Assembly (NCBI RefSeq): GCF_006345805.1
Contig: NC_043007.1
Coordinates: forward strand, 13,826,001 to 13,890,000
Direction: 5' to 3'
Source: Octopus sinensis
Lineage: Eukaryota
Length of the DNA: 64,000 bases
Both the position numbers and the translations under genes were made by a program. Positions 36,203 through 51,060 of this stretch are shown piece after piece. The notes under the pieces are model-generated. The model was not told where the DNA came from. It saw nothing but the letters and a program-made list of their open reading frames with translations, and ran no database searches. The stretch's first letter is position 1; every line of letters starts with the position of its first letter.

Positions 36203-37822
36203 AGATACAGTTGACTGAATCCACTCAGGTACACACCTGACATGCATTTCATTGACACTGCCAGAGCAATGAGAAAGCACAGGTGAGATTTTTTTTTTTT
36301 TTCAAGTTGCCATGTAGAGCTGGGTGGGGGGTGGGGGGTGAAACTAATGTCTGTTCAAACATTTAACAGAGGCCAGTGATCAGTCGACTAATAACAGTAC
36401 TTGAAGGACAATTAAAAAAAAACCCAGTGGCAATAATAACAGCTATTAACAGATACTTAAACACTGGTAGACAAAGATCTAATTATCTGACCAATAACAA
36501 CAACAATAATACTGAAGAGAGAGGTGGGGTGAGTGGGGGCCAGTTATTTGATTAGAGGGCATCAGTGAAGGCCACCAGGTAACTAAAGCTACTATACCAC
36601 AACATAAGGAAATGTAACCCTTTTTTTTTAATCTTTTATGTTTCAGTCATTGGGCAATGGCCATGCTGAGGCACCGCTTCGAAAGGTTTTACAACAAATT
36701 GACCCAAGTATTATAAGTGGGTTTGATGGGTTTTTATTTTCAGTTTCTGTCTACCAAATCTGCTCACAAAGCTTTGGTCGGACCGAGGCGAGAGAATAAA
36801 ATACTTGCACAAAATGCCATGGATGGGGACTTTTGAAGGAAAGCAAACATCTTACCATCTAGCCATGCCTATATAAGTCCCTCCTAATAAAAACTTACTG
36901 TATTAACTCGCATTTAAGTAGGATTTTAACTGAAATCACTGGGCAGCAACTTACCAAAGTTTGAATTAGGAGTGCACAGACCAAAGTTTGAAATAGGGGT
37001 GCACAGACCAAAGTTCAGCAAAATTTAGATTTAAATGAATATGCACCAGAATTTTGTATGGTGTTATCCATATAAATCCACGGGGTAATTATGTATGTGT
37101 GTGTATGTTTGTGTGTGTGTGTATGTCCCCCCAACATCGCTTGACAACTGATGGTGGTGTGTTTACGTCCCCGTAACTTAGAGATTCGGCAAAAGAAACC
37201 AATAGAATAAGTACTAGGCAATGCTCCAACATGGCCGCAGTCAAATGACTGAAACAAGTAAAAGAGAGTAAAAAAGAATCTAGAACCCCCCCCCCCCGCC
37301 CCCCAAAAAATGAAAGACCCCCATTAATATTTAAACTCAAAAAGTAAGGGGACACAGCTAGGGGACACAGATAAGACATTTTGGTCCAGTAAAAAAGAGA
37401 ACAGGAGGATGTGAAAATCTGGGAAAATAAAGACACGGGTTAACACGAGGGAGACTTGAACTTAAGCACAAGAGACCAAATTAGGTTATGACCTAGTATT
37501 TATTGCACACACACACACACACACTCCATCCCTGACAAACCAACAAGACAGCTATGCTTGACTTGTTAAAAATAACTAATGGCAGTTCTGGATACACTGT
37601 CGGAAAACCAAATAAATAAATAAATAAATAAATAAATAAACTGGTGGGAGGCGATCATTGCTAGGCTTTGATCATAGGTCTGTTGTACAGATCTGACCTG
37701 GGGTTAAATAGCACTATGAATGCTTTTGATCATGGGTTTGTTGCCCGGGGTTAACAAACAATACTGATAATATCTTTGATCATGGCTGTTATACAAGACT
37801 AACAAACCAGAATAAACAATAC

Positions 37823-38414
37823 CTATTTCTTTACTACCCACAAGGGGCTAAACACAGAAGGGACAAATAAGGACAAACGGATTAAGTTGATTATATCGAC
37901 CCCAGTGTGTAACTGGTACTTATTTAACTGACCCCGAAAGGATGAACGGCAAAGTCGACCTCGGTGGAATTTGAACTCAGAACGTAGCAGTAGACGAAAT
38001 ACCTATTTCTTTACTACCCACAAGGGGCTAAATACAGAGAGGACAAACAAGGACAGACAAACGGATTAAGTTGATTATATCGACCCCAGTGCGTAACTGG
38101 TACATATTTAATCGACCCCGAAAGGATGAACGGCAAAGTCGACCTCGGTGGAATTTGAACTCGGAACGTAGCGGCAGACGAAATACCTTTCTTTACTACC
38201 CACAAGGGGCTAAACACAGAGAGGACAAACAAGGACAGACATAGGTATTAAGTCGATCACATCGACCCCAATGCCTAACTGGTACTTAATTTATCGACCC
38301 CGAAAGGATGAAAGGCAAAGTCGACCTCGGTGGAATTTGAACTCACAACGTAGCGGCAGACAAAATACCGCTAAGCATTTCGTCCGGCATGCTAACAATT
38401 TGGTCAGCACACTG
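37823..38414 (-). mobile_element. SINE family 3 trimer inside one 16-bp TSD
   Basis: TSD ccagaataaacaatac at 37807-37822 and 38415-38430. Confidence 0.9.
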
Positions 38415-38817
38415 CCAGAATAAACAATACTACCAATACATAGATAATGTGTTTGATCATAGGTCTACCCTACAGGAATGACCAAGGGCTAAAACAACAG
38501 CTTCAAGACTGATAATGCGTTTTCTTTCTTTACTTCTACGGGAGTCTTATATAAAGAATGGAAAACAAACCAGACTGTGAGTGGTTTGAACTCAGAATGT
38601 GTGCCTAGAGTAATCTTCAATCAATCAAAAGTCAATAAAATGGAAACCAATCAATATTTATTTATTCATCTACTTGTTTATTCTGTACAACTATTAGAAA
38701 CACGTCTTATGAGAAGAGAAATAAAAAAAATGAAAAGAAAAAAAAGGGGGCTTCATTGGAATTTTAGGGAGACGAAGAAGATGCAAAAAAGTTGTTTGCA
38801 ACAATAGTATGTATCAT

Positions 38818-39248
38818 CACGTGATCACGTGACCGACCAGACCATCAGATGTTGTTACACATCGCTGGTCACAATGCGCTTTGCATTGTTTTAGCCTTCG
38901 AATGACGCCACCCCGCTGGCTAAATGTGTACCCTTTTACCAAGTTACAACAAAAAGTTAGTGAAATATTTAAAATGTTTACAGTTGGATAGATAGATAGA
39001 CAAATATAACAAAATAATTTGATAAAAAATGTGAATTTTTAATTATTTTCTGAGATTTTACAAAAACAACAAAAATAGCAGAAAGTGGTGAAAGAGTACA
39101 GCAGGGATCATCACCCCCTGCTGGAGCCTCGTGGAGCTATTTGGTGCTTTCGCTCAATAAACACTCACAACGCCCGGTCTGGAAATCGAAACCGCGATCC
39201 TACGACAGCGAGTCCGCTGCCCTAAGCACTGGGCCATTGCGCCTCCAC
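38818..39248 (-). mobile_element. SINE family 2 (tail b) with an AT-rich internal insert
   Basis: Reverse complement of 34552-34848; TSD agtatgtatcat / agtgtgtatcat; 38924-39080 has no counterpart in the intact copy. Confidence 0.85.
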
Positions 39249-39319
39249 AGTGTGTATCATAAACATACATTAATATCTGTGACTGTCCAGCTATCTTGCC
39301 GCCAGAAACAGGTCAGTAC

Positions 39320-39357
<38 letters not shown>

Positions 39358-39604
39358 TGTGTGTGTGAGCGTTTGTTCTCCCCCACTGCTTGATAATACG
39401 TGTAGGTGTGTCTATGTCCTGGTAACTTAGAGGTTTGACAAAAAGACACTAATAAAATAAGTATCAGGCATTATATAAAAAAAATTCTCCTGGGGTCAAT
39501 TTGTTCAACAAAAATTCTTTGAGGTGGTGCCCCAGCCTGACCAGACTTATGACTGAAACAAGTAAGCTGTACACACACACATACATATATATATATGAAT
39601 ATAT

Positions 39605-39815
39605 AAGGCGGTGAGCTGGCAGAGATGTTAGCACGCCGGGCGAAATGCGTAGCCGTATTTCGTCTGTCGTTACGTTCCGAGTTCAAATTCCGCCGAGGTC
39701 GACTTTGCCTTTCATCCTTTCGGGGTCGATAAATTAAGTATCAGTTTCGCACTGGGGAAGGGGGGGTCGATGTAATCGACTTATTTCCTTTGTCCCTCCT
39801 TGTTTGTCCCCGTCT
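39605..39815 (+). mobile_element. SINE family 3 monomer, 3'-truncated
   Basis: Head aaggcggtgagctggcag plus central box. Confidence 0.88.
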
Positions 39816-39820
39816 GGGCA

Positions 39821-39857
<37 letters not shown>

Positions 39858-41509
39858 AATATGCGTGTCTCAAGAGTCTATTGCTATCACCACCACCCCA
39901 TCTAGCAAGCCATCTAAATAACAGAAGGGGGGGGACTAGAGAGGGGGGGGGGGGGTACGTTATCAGGGTGTTTTGGGTTGTGTTGGTAAAAGGGTAAAAT
40001 AATAACTGGTGAAAAGTGTGCTGTGTTAAATGCAATATACTAGGGTGGCAATGGGGGTGGGCGAGAAGGGGTGGAGGATGAGGAGGAGTTAGAAGGAAGG
40101 ACCATCATTAAGGGACTGACGGAGGTGGGGGGGGCATTCTATAGCCTTGTGTGTGTTTGCTGGGGAGAAGGGAGGACTCATTAAATCACCACCCCACCAC
40201 TCATTTATATACACATATATATACATAAATACACACATCTATACATACATACAAATACAAACACACCCACCCACATATATACACACCCATACATATATAT
40301 ATATATATACATATATATGTATAAATACACACATACACTAAATATACACACACAAATATATATACACACACACCCACCCACATATAATACACACACCCAT
40401 ACATATATATACATATATATATATGTATAATTACACACACACACAAATATATAAATAAATGCACATATATACACACACACACACCTACATATATACAGAC
40501 AATATATATATATATATATATATATATACTAAGCAATAAAGGGTTTAGCAACGAATTGCCTTACCACATACCGAATTTAGAAATACATATATACACACAC
40601 TATATATATATCTATACATACAGGCACAATATATATATATACATACATACAGACAATTTATTTTATTTTTATATATAGTCTGTATATATGTGTGCATATT
40701 TTATTTTTTATTTTATTTTATCTAGTTTCATTCAGCTCACGAGCTGTGGCCATGCTGGGGCACCACCACAATAAATATATATATATATATATATATATAT
40801 TTAAATACACACACATGTATGTATGTATATAAATAGTTATGTACATACATACACATAAGGGTACATACAGAAAGATATCCACATATTCAGCCATCCCAAG
40901 TGAGAAAAAAAAAAAACCAAACCAAAAAGGAAAATAAAAAAAAAGGAAAAAAAAAATGGCTAGCTGAGCATTCTGCAGACTCTAGTGTAGGTTTTTCCAC
41001 ATCTGTTGATGGCTGTGTTTGTTGGTGATGATGATGATGTTGGCTGTAATGGTAGAAGCAGTAGTCTTTCCCTTGGTAGTGTGATGGTGTGGTGATAGTC
41101 TTAGTGGTAGCAGTGGTGGTGATGATGGTGGTGGTGGTGGTGGTGGTGGTGATGTAGCTGGTGGTGGTGGTGGTGGGGGTTAGTGCTGCAGTTGAGCAGG
41201 ACCATGGCATTCTAGGTCACAATTCAACAGTACTGACACAAATAACTTTTGCCCACACATCAGCACAAAAAAAAAACTATAAAAAAAAAAAAACAGCTCC
41301 GCACACACCTCCCACTCACCATCATCTCTCTCTCTCTCTCTCACTCTCTTCTCTCCAGCCAACTATTGAGCAAGAAAGGAAAGCAGGAAGGAATGATAAA
41401 GAGAGAGTGAGAGAGAGAGAGAGAGAGAGTGTGTGTGTGTGTGAGCCTAAAGAGGACACACTGCTATGGACAAAGAAAGAGATATGAAAGACTGTGTATG
41501 GGACAGGAC

Positions 41510-41941
41510 AATCTAGATAGATAGATAGATAGAGAAAGACATAGAGAAAGAGAGAGAGATAGATAGAAAGAGAGAGAGACAGGTAGAGAAAGAGAGAGAG
41601 ACAGATAGAGAAAGAGAGAGACAGATAGAGAAAGAGAGACAGAGACAGATAGAGAAAGAGAGAGAGAGACATATAAAGAAAGAGAGAGAGACATAGAGAA
41701 AGAGAAGAGACATATAGAGAAAGAGAGACAGAGACAGATAGAGAAAGAGAGAGATATATATATAGAGAAAGAGAGAGAGACAGATAGAGAAAGAGAGAGA
41801 GAGACAGAGACAGATAGAGAGAGAGAGAGAGAGATAGATAGATAGAGAAAGAGAGATATAGAGAAAGAGAGCGAGACAGATAGAGAAAGAGAGGGAGATA
41901 GATAGAAAAAGAGAGAGACAGATAGAGAGAGAGAGAGAGAG
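41510..41941. repeat. GA-rich compound microsatellite ((GA)n with gacagatagagaaa sub-units)
   Basis: Direct observation. Confidence 0.9.
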
Positions 41942-42558
41942 TGGGGGTAGAAGAGAAAGAGAAGCTAAACTAAAGCCACATGGGGGAGAGGTTAGTCCCT
42001 AATCCAACCCAGGGTAGTTAGTAGAGAGAGAGATGTTGGTGGGTGAGAAGTTACAACCAAAGAAGCATACTCAGGGAGGAACAGGGTATGGGTGGGGTGG
42101 GGTGGGAGCTAGAGGAAAGAGCGGGGAGGGAGATGTTACAGCAAAGTAGAGACTGAAGGGGGGAGGGGCAAGAGAGCCCCCCCCCCGGTCTGCTAGGGAC
42201 AAACAGAAAAGAAGAGAAAGATAGAAAGAGAGAAAACCAAGAGATACTGTATAAGGATGCAGAGGAAGTGAGTGAGTGAGTGAGAGAGAGAGAGAGAGAG
42301 AAATGAGGCAGGGGAGGGAGGGTCATGGTAGGAGCTGCTTTTTAACCAAAGTGACAAGGTTTTAGAATAACTGTGGAATGGATTCTAATAAACAAAAATG
42401 CTGAGATATACTTCTTATGAAATGTCTTGTGTTCTATCTTCATGTTTAAACTCCTTTGAATTCATTCTTCTCTTTCACTCACTTTCTTTCCTCCTCTTCT
42501 TCTACTACAGTCTTGGACAATGTAATGAAAACGGAGAAACGAAGGGTGGAGGCAGGAG

Positions 42559-42623
<65 letters not shown>

Positions 42624-43436
42624 AAATGCAGTGTGTGTGTGTGGGGGGGGGTGAGATAGAGAGACAATAGGAAAATGGAATTATGATTGAAGCGCAAATG
42701 GTGTGTGTGTGTGTGTATGTGTGTGTGTGATACTGTGGTGAGCAAAAGATGTCAGCAGTAGGAAAATAAACCAGTCACTTCAGCAGTAGCAACAGGAATA
42801 TAAGACAGCATGGGGAATGGGGGGGGGGGAGAAGAAGAAGTGGAGGAGGAGGAAGAAGAAGTAGGAGAAGGGGAAGAAGAAGAGGAAGAAGAAGAGGAAG
42901 AAGGAGAAGGGGAAGAAGAAGAACCGAGATGGAGCCAACCTTCTCTATTTCATAACTTAACATCACACACACACACACACAACAACACGACGTGTATGAA
43001 TTACACACACTCGCAAATACATGGACACACACACACACACACACACACACAAATACATGGACACACACAACAGGCACACACACGCGCACACACACACCAC
43101 ACACACACACACACAGGCACACAAGTACCTGCAGAGACTCATACACAAAGACACATGCCCAGAAATATAAAATCTGTAAGAGATAATTTTGTGTTCACAG
43201 ATTCCTATGTCCTGAATATACACAAGGTGTGCGCACACGCAGACACACACACACACACACACACCTATATAAGTGGTATCACACGAAACTCTAGACCAGT
43301 GAGTCACTGGTTTTTTTTTTTTTTTTGCTAAATATTAATTAAAAAATACATAGGTACTCATGTTCCGAGATTTACTTTTTCTATTTGCATCACCATACAT
43401 ACCTGTGTGTGTGTGATATATATATATATATATATA

Positions 43437-43835
43437 GGTGTAGGAGTTTCTGTGTGGTAAGCAGCTTGTTTACCAAACACATGGTTCAGGGTTCAGTCCC
43501 ACCACGTGGCACCTTGGCCAAGTGTCTTCTACTATAGCCCTAGGGCTGACCAAAGCCTTGTGAGTGGATTTGGTAGACAGAAACTGAAAGAAGCCCGTTG
43601 TGTCTGTATGTGTAAATATATATTTATTAAAAATATATGGGTGTGTGTCAGCCAACATTACTTGACAACCGATGTTGGTGTATTTACGTCTCCCATAACT
43701 TAGCGGTTCAGCAAAAGAGACTGATAGAATAAGTACTAGGTTTACAAAGAATAAGTCCTGGTGTCGATTTGTTCGACTAAAGGCAGTGCTCCAGCATGGC
43801 TGCAGTCAAATGACAGAAACAAACTAAAAGAGTAA
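43437..43835 (+). mobile_element. SINE family 1, full length, diverged
   Basis: Colinear with 30943-31347. Confidence 0.88.
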
Positions 43836-44183
43836 AACAAACAAACAAAAAAGTAATATACATATAATATACATAGAGCAAACATTTACAGGGGGTCCCT
43901 GGGGGGGAAAATACTGGCACTCTGGTCCTTAATCAGAGAGGCACAAGTTCATAGAAAGGGTAATGATTGTGTGATGTTCATGCTGTTCTCAAAGTATCAA
44001 CAGCATAAATCAAGACTGAAATTATTTCAACGAGCTGAGAAAATGCTTAATTTTCTTTTTCCAATTTGGTAATGGGTTGGTTCCATTTTGGTAATGGTTT
44101 GGACTGAGGGAGAGGCCATGCCCTGTCAGTCCAAAGTCTTCTCAGGTTCCACAAGTAACGAAATACAGTAACGAAAGGTTTAA

Positions 44184-44391
44184 CCCTTTTGATACCAACC
44201 CGGCCAAAACCGCCTCTGGTTCTGTAGTACAAATGTCTTGTTTTCATAAGTATTGAATTAAAATATTCCACCAATTTATGTTCCTAACACTAGCTGAATG
44301 TTAACGAAGTTATTTTACTAAATTCTTTGTTATATTTAAAGTAATAGAAAGAAACACAGAACATCTCAAAATAAATACGGTAACGAAAGGG
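44184..44391 (-). mobile_element. TTAA MITE family B monomer
   Basis: TTAA-cccttttgatacc...ggtaacgaaaggg-TTAA; abutted by a second B terminus fragment at 44159-44179. Confidence 0.88.
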
Positions 44392-44800
44392 TTAAGATGA
44401 GTTATACGCTGTTGTTGCTTTTTATTTTTTTAAGACAACCCAGGTACAATAATGTTTTCTTGATGTATACAGTGATAATGTCCTTTTGACAATGATAGAG
44501 CCCTGACAGACGATATAACATGGGCGCACATTTAATGCATGAGGTGTCTAGGCTGTACAGGAATGGCTCTTAGGTGCGAAAGAGGAAGGAGGACTCTAGA
44601 GTGACATCACCTTGTAACAGCAGGTATAAGTGGAGGTGATTACGAGTAGGATGTTAAGATACAGGCGGAAGAGTAAGGGTTAGGAGACTGGACCCTGGAA
44701 CACACCTTCATTGAAATAGTGTGTGATAGTACATACCACGACAGTGCAAGCCAGTGACCCAAGAGACATGTAGGCAGGTAATACCTGGAATGATAACATT

Positions 44801-45140
44801 CATCATCATCGTTTAACGTCCGTTTTCCATGCTAGCATGGATTGGACAGTTCGACCGGCGTCTGGGAAGCCAGGAGGCTGCACCAGGCTCCAGTCAGATC
44901 TGGCAGTGTTTCTACAGCTGGATGTCCTTCCTAACGCCAACTACTCCGTGAGTGTAGTGGGTGCTTTTTACGTGCCACCGGCACAGGTGCCAGGGGAGGC
45001 TGGCAACGGCCACAATCGGTTGGTGCTTTTTATGTGCCACCGGCACAGAAGGAAGCCAGTCAAGGTAGCACTGGCATCGACCACGTACGGATGGTGCTTT
45101 TTACATGCCACCGGCACAGGTGCCTGGGGAGGCTGGCAAC
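44801..45140 (-). mobile_element. Retroposon family 5 with internal ~60-70-bp sub-repeats
   Basis: gtgcttttta.gtgccaccggcacag at ~44961, 45023 and 45093; tail catcatcatcgtttaacgtccg. Confidence 0.8.
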
Positions 45141-45539
45141 ATTGCTTCCAGCAAATTTCTTGACAGATACTGTATTGGTAAATCACATAAGAGATCTGAT
45201 CTCAAGGAGTTCTGGCTCTACAAAAGCCTATACTGAGGATTGCCAAAAGGGAGAGATCAAAAGTGACCTTGGAGAAAGCAATTTCAATCATATTGTTAAC
45301 TAGGGACAAACAAACCATGTTGTCTTCTTATAATTTCATTAAATACAAACAAACAGAGATGGTAGAAAGAGTTTACAGCATTCCTGTTTCCGCCACAACA
45401 TGAAACTAAAATGGTGAGTATCTTCCCAGGACAAATTCGGCAGCAATCCACTCTTTGCCTTTTTCGTCAAGCGATAAAATAAATAGTTGGCCCCCAAGAA
45501 AGCAGTGCCCCAGCAAGGCCACTTAAATGACTAAAAAGT

Positions 45540-45950
45540 ATTTAAAAAAACCCCAAAACACATTAAACACACACATATACACATGTAGTGACTGCATAAT
45601 TTCATTAATGTATATAGTAGGGGATTTGAAGTGTGTGTCTATGCTATCATGCATGTGTCTACACACAAACACATCCATATATACGCACGAATTGGTATAC
45701 ACAATATGAATAAATGTATAGATATATACACATAATACATTTGCAAATATACACACACACACAGTGTCTGTATATATGCATGTATGTGTATATATCTGTG
45801 TGAATGTATATACATATATATATGCATGTATGTATACATATATCTATGCATGTATGTATACATATATATATGCATGTATACGTATATATATGCATGTATG
45901 TGTATATATATATATATATATGTATGTTATATATATATATTATATGCATG

Positions 45951-45981
<31 letters not shown>

Positions 45982-46122
45982 GCATGTATGTATACATATA
46001 TATATGCATGTATGTATACATATATATATGTATGCATGTATACATATATATATATATGTGTATGTATGCATGTATATATACACACACATATATATACATA
46101 TTTATGTATGCACATATATGTA

Positions 46123-46175
<53 letters not shown>

Positions 46176-48247
46176 TGCATGCATGCATGTATGTATATCA
46201 GAGAGCTGGTTTGATTTTTGAAGTTCGATAAACCTTTGATTGATTTTTCTCCCAATGGTAGGATTTTTTCCCCTTCTTAAACTGAGACTGAGAAATGCTA
46301 AATCCAGAGAAACAACAACAAGAACAACAACGAATCAAAGAAGAAACAAACAACAGTAGCAGCAACAACAACAACAACAACAACGTTCATCAAATAATCA
46401 ATAGTTTTAGCTTGAAAAAAAAAAAACAAGAAAATATAATAAAAATACAACAAAACAAAAGCGGTGGGGGAGGAGGAAAGTGGATGGCGTTGAAACTATG
46501 GCATCATTATTTTTACTGTATTTTCGTCCCCGCCGCCGCCACTACTACCACCAACGCCGCCACCACCACCACCACCACCACCACCGGTTCCTTCGGTAAG
46601 GCGGAGAGTGGCGGTGGTGGTGGTGGTGATGATGATGGTGGGTGAGGTTGAAATTATATAAGAGTTATTGACTTTCTGTTCCATAATTAGATACTCCCCT
46701 CTTTACTGTGGGTATGTATGCATGTGTGTGTGTGTGTGTATATATATTATATATATATATATATATACATATACACACACATACATATATATATATACAT
46801 ATACACACACATACATATATACATATATAGACACATACATATATATATACACACACATAACATGATAACATACACAACACAGACATATAGACATATACAC
46901 ACACAGACTATATACAGAACCACACATACATATATAACCTATATATACACCACACACATAATACATATCATATTATCACACTACATACATATATACATAT
47001 ACTATATATACACACATACATACATACATAATATATATATATATATACACAATACATATATACAATATATATATATATATTATACCACATACATATATAC
47101 ATAATATATATATACACACTACTATATACATATATATATATCATACAACATAAATAATACATATATATATATACACACATACACATATATACATATATAT
47201 ATATAATATATACACACATACATATATATATACACACACACACACACATATATATATATATGCGTGTGTGTGTGTGCCTGTGTGTATCTATGATAATGTG
47301 TGTGTGCCTGTGTGTATCTATGATAGTGTGTGTGTGTCTGTGTGTATCTATGATAGTGTGTGTGTGACCAAAAAAAGAGAAACAATGAAAGATCATCATC
47401 ATCATCATCAGTCTGTCTTTGAAATGCTAGAATATCTAGGGAAGTAATGAAGCTATCAACTTAGCCTGCCACCACCCCCCTCTCTCTCACCCCTTCCGTC
47501 CTACAGGTATTTTGTTGTTGTTGTTGATGCTGTTGTTATTTGAATAGAGTGGTAATAGAAGAAAAGCAGAAAGACAGAGAAAAGCGAGCAGAAGAGAAGA
47601 GAGAAGAGAGAGAGAGACGAGAGAGAGAGAGGGAGAGAGAGGAGAGAGAGAGAGAGAGGAGGAGAGAGAACGAGAGAAGAGAGAGAGAGAGGCAAAGAGG
47701 GAGATGGAGGGAGACAGAGATGAGAGAACGAGGAGAGGAGGAGAGGAGGAGGAGAGAGAGAGAGAGAGAGACAGAGTGAGAGAGACAGAGAGGAGAGGGA
47801 GAGAGAGAAGAGGAGAGAGATGGAGAGAGGGAGGAGAATCAAGACAAAAACAAAAGACAGAACCAAGTTCTAGGTTCATTTCCAGTGCTCAGTTCCAGAC
47901 TGCATTTAATAAAAGGAACTTGACCTGATGTAAAATGAGGCAGAAAAAGAAGAAAAAAAAACACATTTGGAGATAATAAAAAAAAAAGAGAAAGAGATTC
48001 AGAAAAGGGGGGGGGGAAGAAGGGAGGGGTGGGGGGGTTAGGGTGGTGGAGGACACCAGTCTAAGACAGAGGAGGGTGGATGGATGGTGGTGAGAGAACA
48101 TGTATATTTTATGTTATGTGTATAAACTATTTTGTGTGAATATATATGTGAAACACATACACACACATATATATATATATATATATACACACACTCAGAT
48201 ATACACATGGACAAATACACATATATATATATACATATACATGAATG

Positions 48248-48284
<37 letters not shown>

Positions 48285-48572
48285 CATATATCCACATACA
48301 TGCATATATATATATAATATACATGCATATATATACATACACACATGCATATATATATATATATATATACATACAAACATGCATATCTACACACACACAC
48401 ACACACATATATATAATGCATGCACACACACACACACACGTGTGTGTATAGACTGATTTTTTAATAGATTTAAATGTAAATAAATATATTTTATTTATCT
48501 TTCATTAATGTATGTGTGAAGCCATTGTGATTATGTATTACACACACATACACAGATGTGTGTGTGTGTGTG

Positions 48573-48614
<42 letters not shown>

Positions 48615-48913
48615 CAACAAATTTAAGAGTCCATACATTCGTGCATATATCTGAATGAAGAAGAAAAACCCATTCACAGCTTATCTTCCCCGTTACAAAC
48701 AGTTGTACGCACACACACACACACACACTTCATGTGTGTATATATATATTTACATATATATATATATATATATATAGATATACATATATACACATGTGGG
48801 CAGATGTGTTTATACCGAGTGTATGAAAATAGTAATTTAGTAATTTACAGTTTACTGAATTTCTATTAATGCATGTGAGATTAAATGCAACGATACAAGA
48901 CATGCATAACAAT

Positions 48914-48944
<31 letters not shown>

Positions 48945-49275
48945 TATATACAGAGAGAGAGAGAGAGAGAGAGAGAAAAGAGAGAGAAAGGGAGAGAGAG
49001 CAGAGGGAGAAATAACATGTATGTATAATTGGAATTTTACATGCCTTTGTTCCACATTTCATGCCATTACATATCAACTGACTACGCTTCCGTTCTATTG
49101 GTGTGCGTATATTATATATACATATATACACACCACATGTGCATATGTATATGTCTGTGTATAAACACAAGATAAAACAAAAAGAGACACCTGTTAAGCT
49201 ATCGATCCTGATAGATAATGTAAATGCGAAGTTTTCAAACAGGTGTTAATGTACACTATGTAATATATAAATATA

Positions 49276-49310
<35 letters not shown>
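45540..49310. repeat. Extended (TA)/(CA)/(TG)/(GA) compound microsatellite field with short unique islands
   Basis: Direct observation; source of the many Y/I/H/T/C/V ORFs. Confidence 0.9.
47491..47924 (-). other. Candidate non-coding or 5'UTR exon spanning a CT-rich tract
   Basis: Strong minus-strand acceptor ttttcttctttttctgcctcattttacatcag| and donor GGG|gtgaga, with unique sequence at both exon ends. Confidence 0.3.
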
Positions 49311-49314
<4 letters not shown>

Positions 49315-49454
49315 CAATTTTATATGGTGTCAGTATGTATCATAATTATATAGTTATTATGTTTAACGATGTTAAACTCTGGCAACGTACATACATGCAC
49401 TAACGGAGCGGGAATCAGTTAGAACTTGACTATTCCAGTGGCTAATACATATAG

Positions 49455-49899
49455 TTCTGAGTTCAAATTCCGCCGAGCTCGACTTTGCCTTTCATCCTTT
49501 CGGGGGTCGATAAATTAAGTACCAGTTACACACTGGGGTCGATGTAATCGACTTAATCCGTTTGTCTGTCCTTGTTTGTCCCCCTCTGTGTTTAGCCCCT
49601 TGTGGGTAGTAAAGAAATAAATATATACGGACATATCCATATGTGTGTGTGTGTGTGTATTTAAATAATAATAATAATAATAATAATCCTGTTTAATATA
49701 GGCACAGAACCTGAAATTTGGGGGAGGGGTGTAGTCAATTACATTGACCTCAGTGTCTCACTGGTACTTGATTTATTGGCTCCGAAAGGATGAAAGGCAA
49801 AGCCGACCTCGGTGGAATTTGAACTCAGAATTTAAAGACAGATGAAATACCACGAAGCATTTTGCTCAGCATGCTAACGATTCTGCCAGCTTGCCGCCT

Positions 49900-49900
<1 letters not shown>
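49455..49900. mobile_element. Inverted pair of SINE family 3 copies (+ 49455-49619; - 49690-49900)
   Basis: Central box present in both orientations. Confidence 0.85.
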
Positions 49901-49954
<54 letters not shown>

Positions 49955-50272
49955 CAATTATATACACAGGGATGTAAACACACTGTCACCACATCTGTAT
50001 ATAATAGACACCAGAATGCTTAAGTTTGTGTGTGTGTGTGTGTGCATTAGTTTCAAATTTTGGCACCATGCCAGCAATTTGGGAAAAAACGGGGCCTGTG
50101 GGGGAGGGGAGCAAGCACTCAACTGATGGTAATTTCAATGACCTGAAAAGGATGAAAGGCAAAGCCAACCTTGGCAGGATTTGAACTCAGGACATAAAGA
50201 TCAAATGAAATACCACAAAGCATTTTGCCTATCATAATGATTCTGTCAGCCAGCAACTTATTTATATGACTA

Positions 50273-50412
50273 CTGTATTTCAATGTGTGTAAGGAGTCCC
50301 CTAATTTGGGGGGCTAAAAATTTGGAAAAAATGGTTTTGTAAGGGTTTATAATACTATCCATGTATAAGAAACTCCCATAATTTTTTTTAACCTAATTTT
50401 TGACAAATACAG
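50273..50412. mobile_element. Tc1/mariner-pogo-type MITE remnant
   Basis: TA-ctgtattt ... aaatacag-TA. Confidence 0.5.
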
Positions 50413-51060
50413 TAATTAGTGAAGTTACAGAGTGACCCCAAGGGCTGAGAGTTTTATGCATCAAAACTGACGAAACTCTTGTCCCTTGAGTCACATTAAC
50501 TTCTGCCAATTATACTTAATTATGTGTGTGTGTGGTGTGTGTGTACTTGCAAGTGCTTGGTATAACCATCAGAGGTTGGTAGTGTCAGTTGTATGTGTGT
50601 GTGTGTGTGTGTTTGTGTCTGTGTAGCCTTGGAATGATCAAAGCCTTGTGAGTGGATTTAGTAGATAGAAACTGAAAGAAGCCCATCATATATATATATA
50701 TATATATATCTGTGTGCATGCTTGGCCCCAACCACTGCTTGACAAGTGGTAATGATGTGTTTGCATCTGTGTGACGTAGCAGTTCAGCAAAAGACCTGAC
50801 AGAAAAGGTACAAAAAAAGGGTACCAAGGTTGATTCATTCAGCTAAAAAAAAAAAAAAAATCTTCCCGACAGTATTCCAGCATGGGCACAATCTAGAGAC
50901 TAGTGTGTAGAAGTAGTAGTAGTAGTAATAATTTCATTCTATTGCTCCTTTATTGAGTAGACTTAAGGTATTCCATCCATGACTACCCCATCTATTTCCT
51001 TAGTTGGTCCATTCAACATCATATTGTCCTGTGTCATGACAACAGAGTGGTGGTAAGATG

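Noticed and set aside
36952-37015. 27-bp tandem duplication (accaaagtttgaa..gtgcacag)
   Set aside because: Ordinary local slippage duplication of ~2.3 copies; no further structure.
44480-44790. Decayed CR1/Jockey-like LINE fragment
   Set aside because: Only a faint SSFLFRT-like hint on the minus strand with multiple stops; not supportable without a search.
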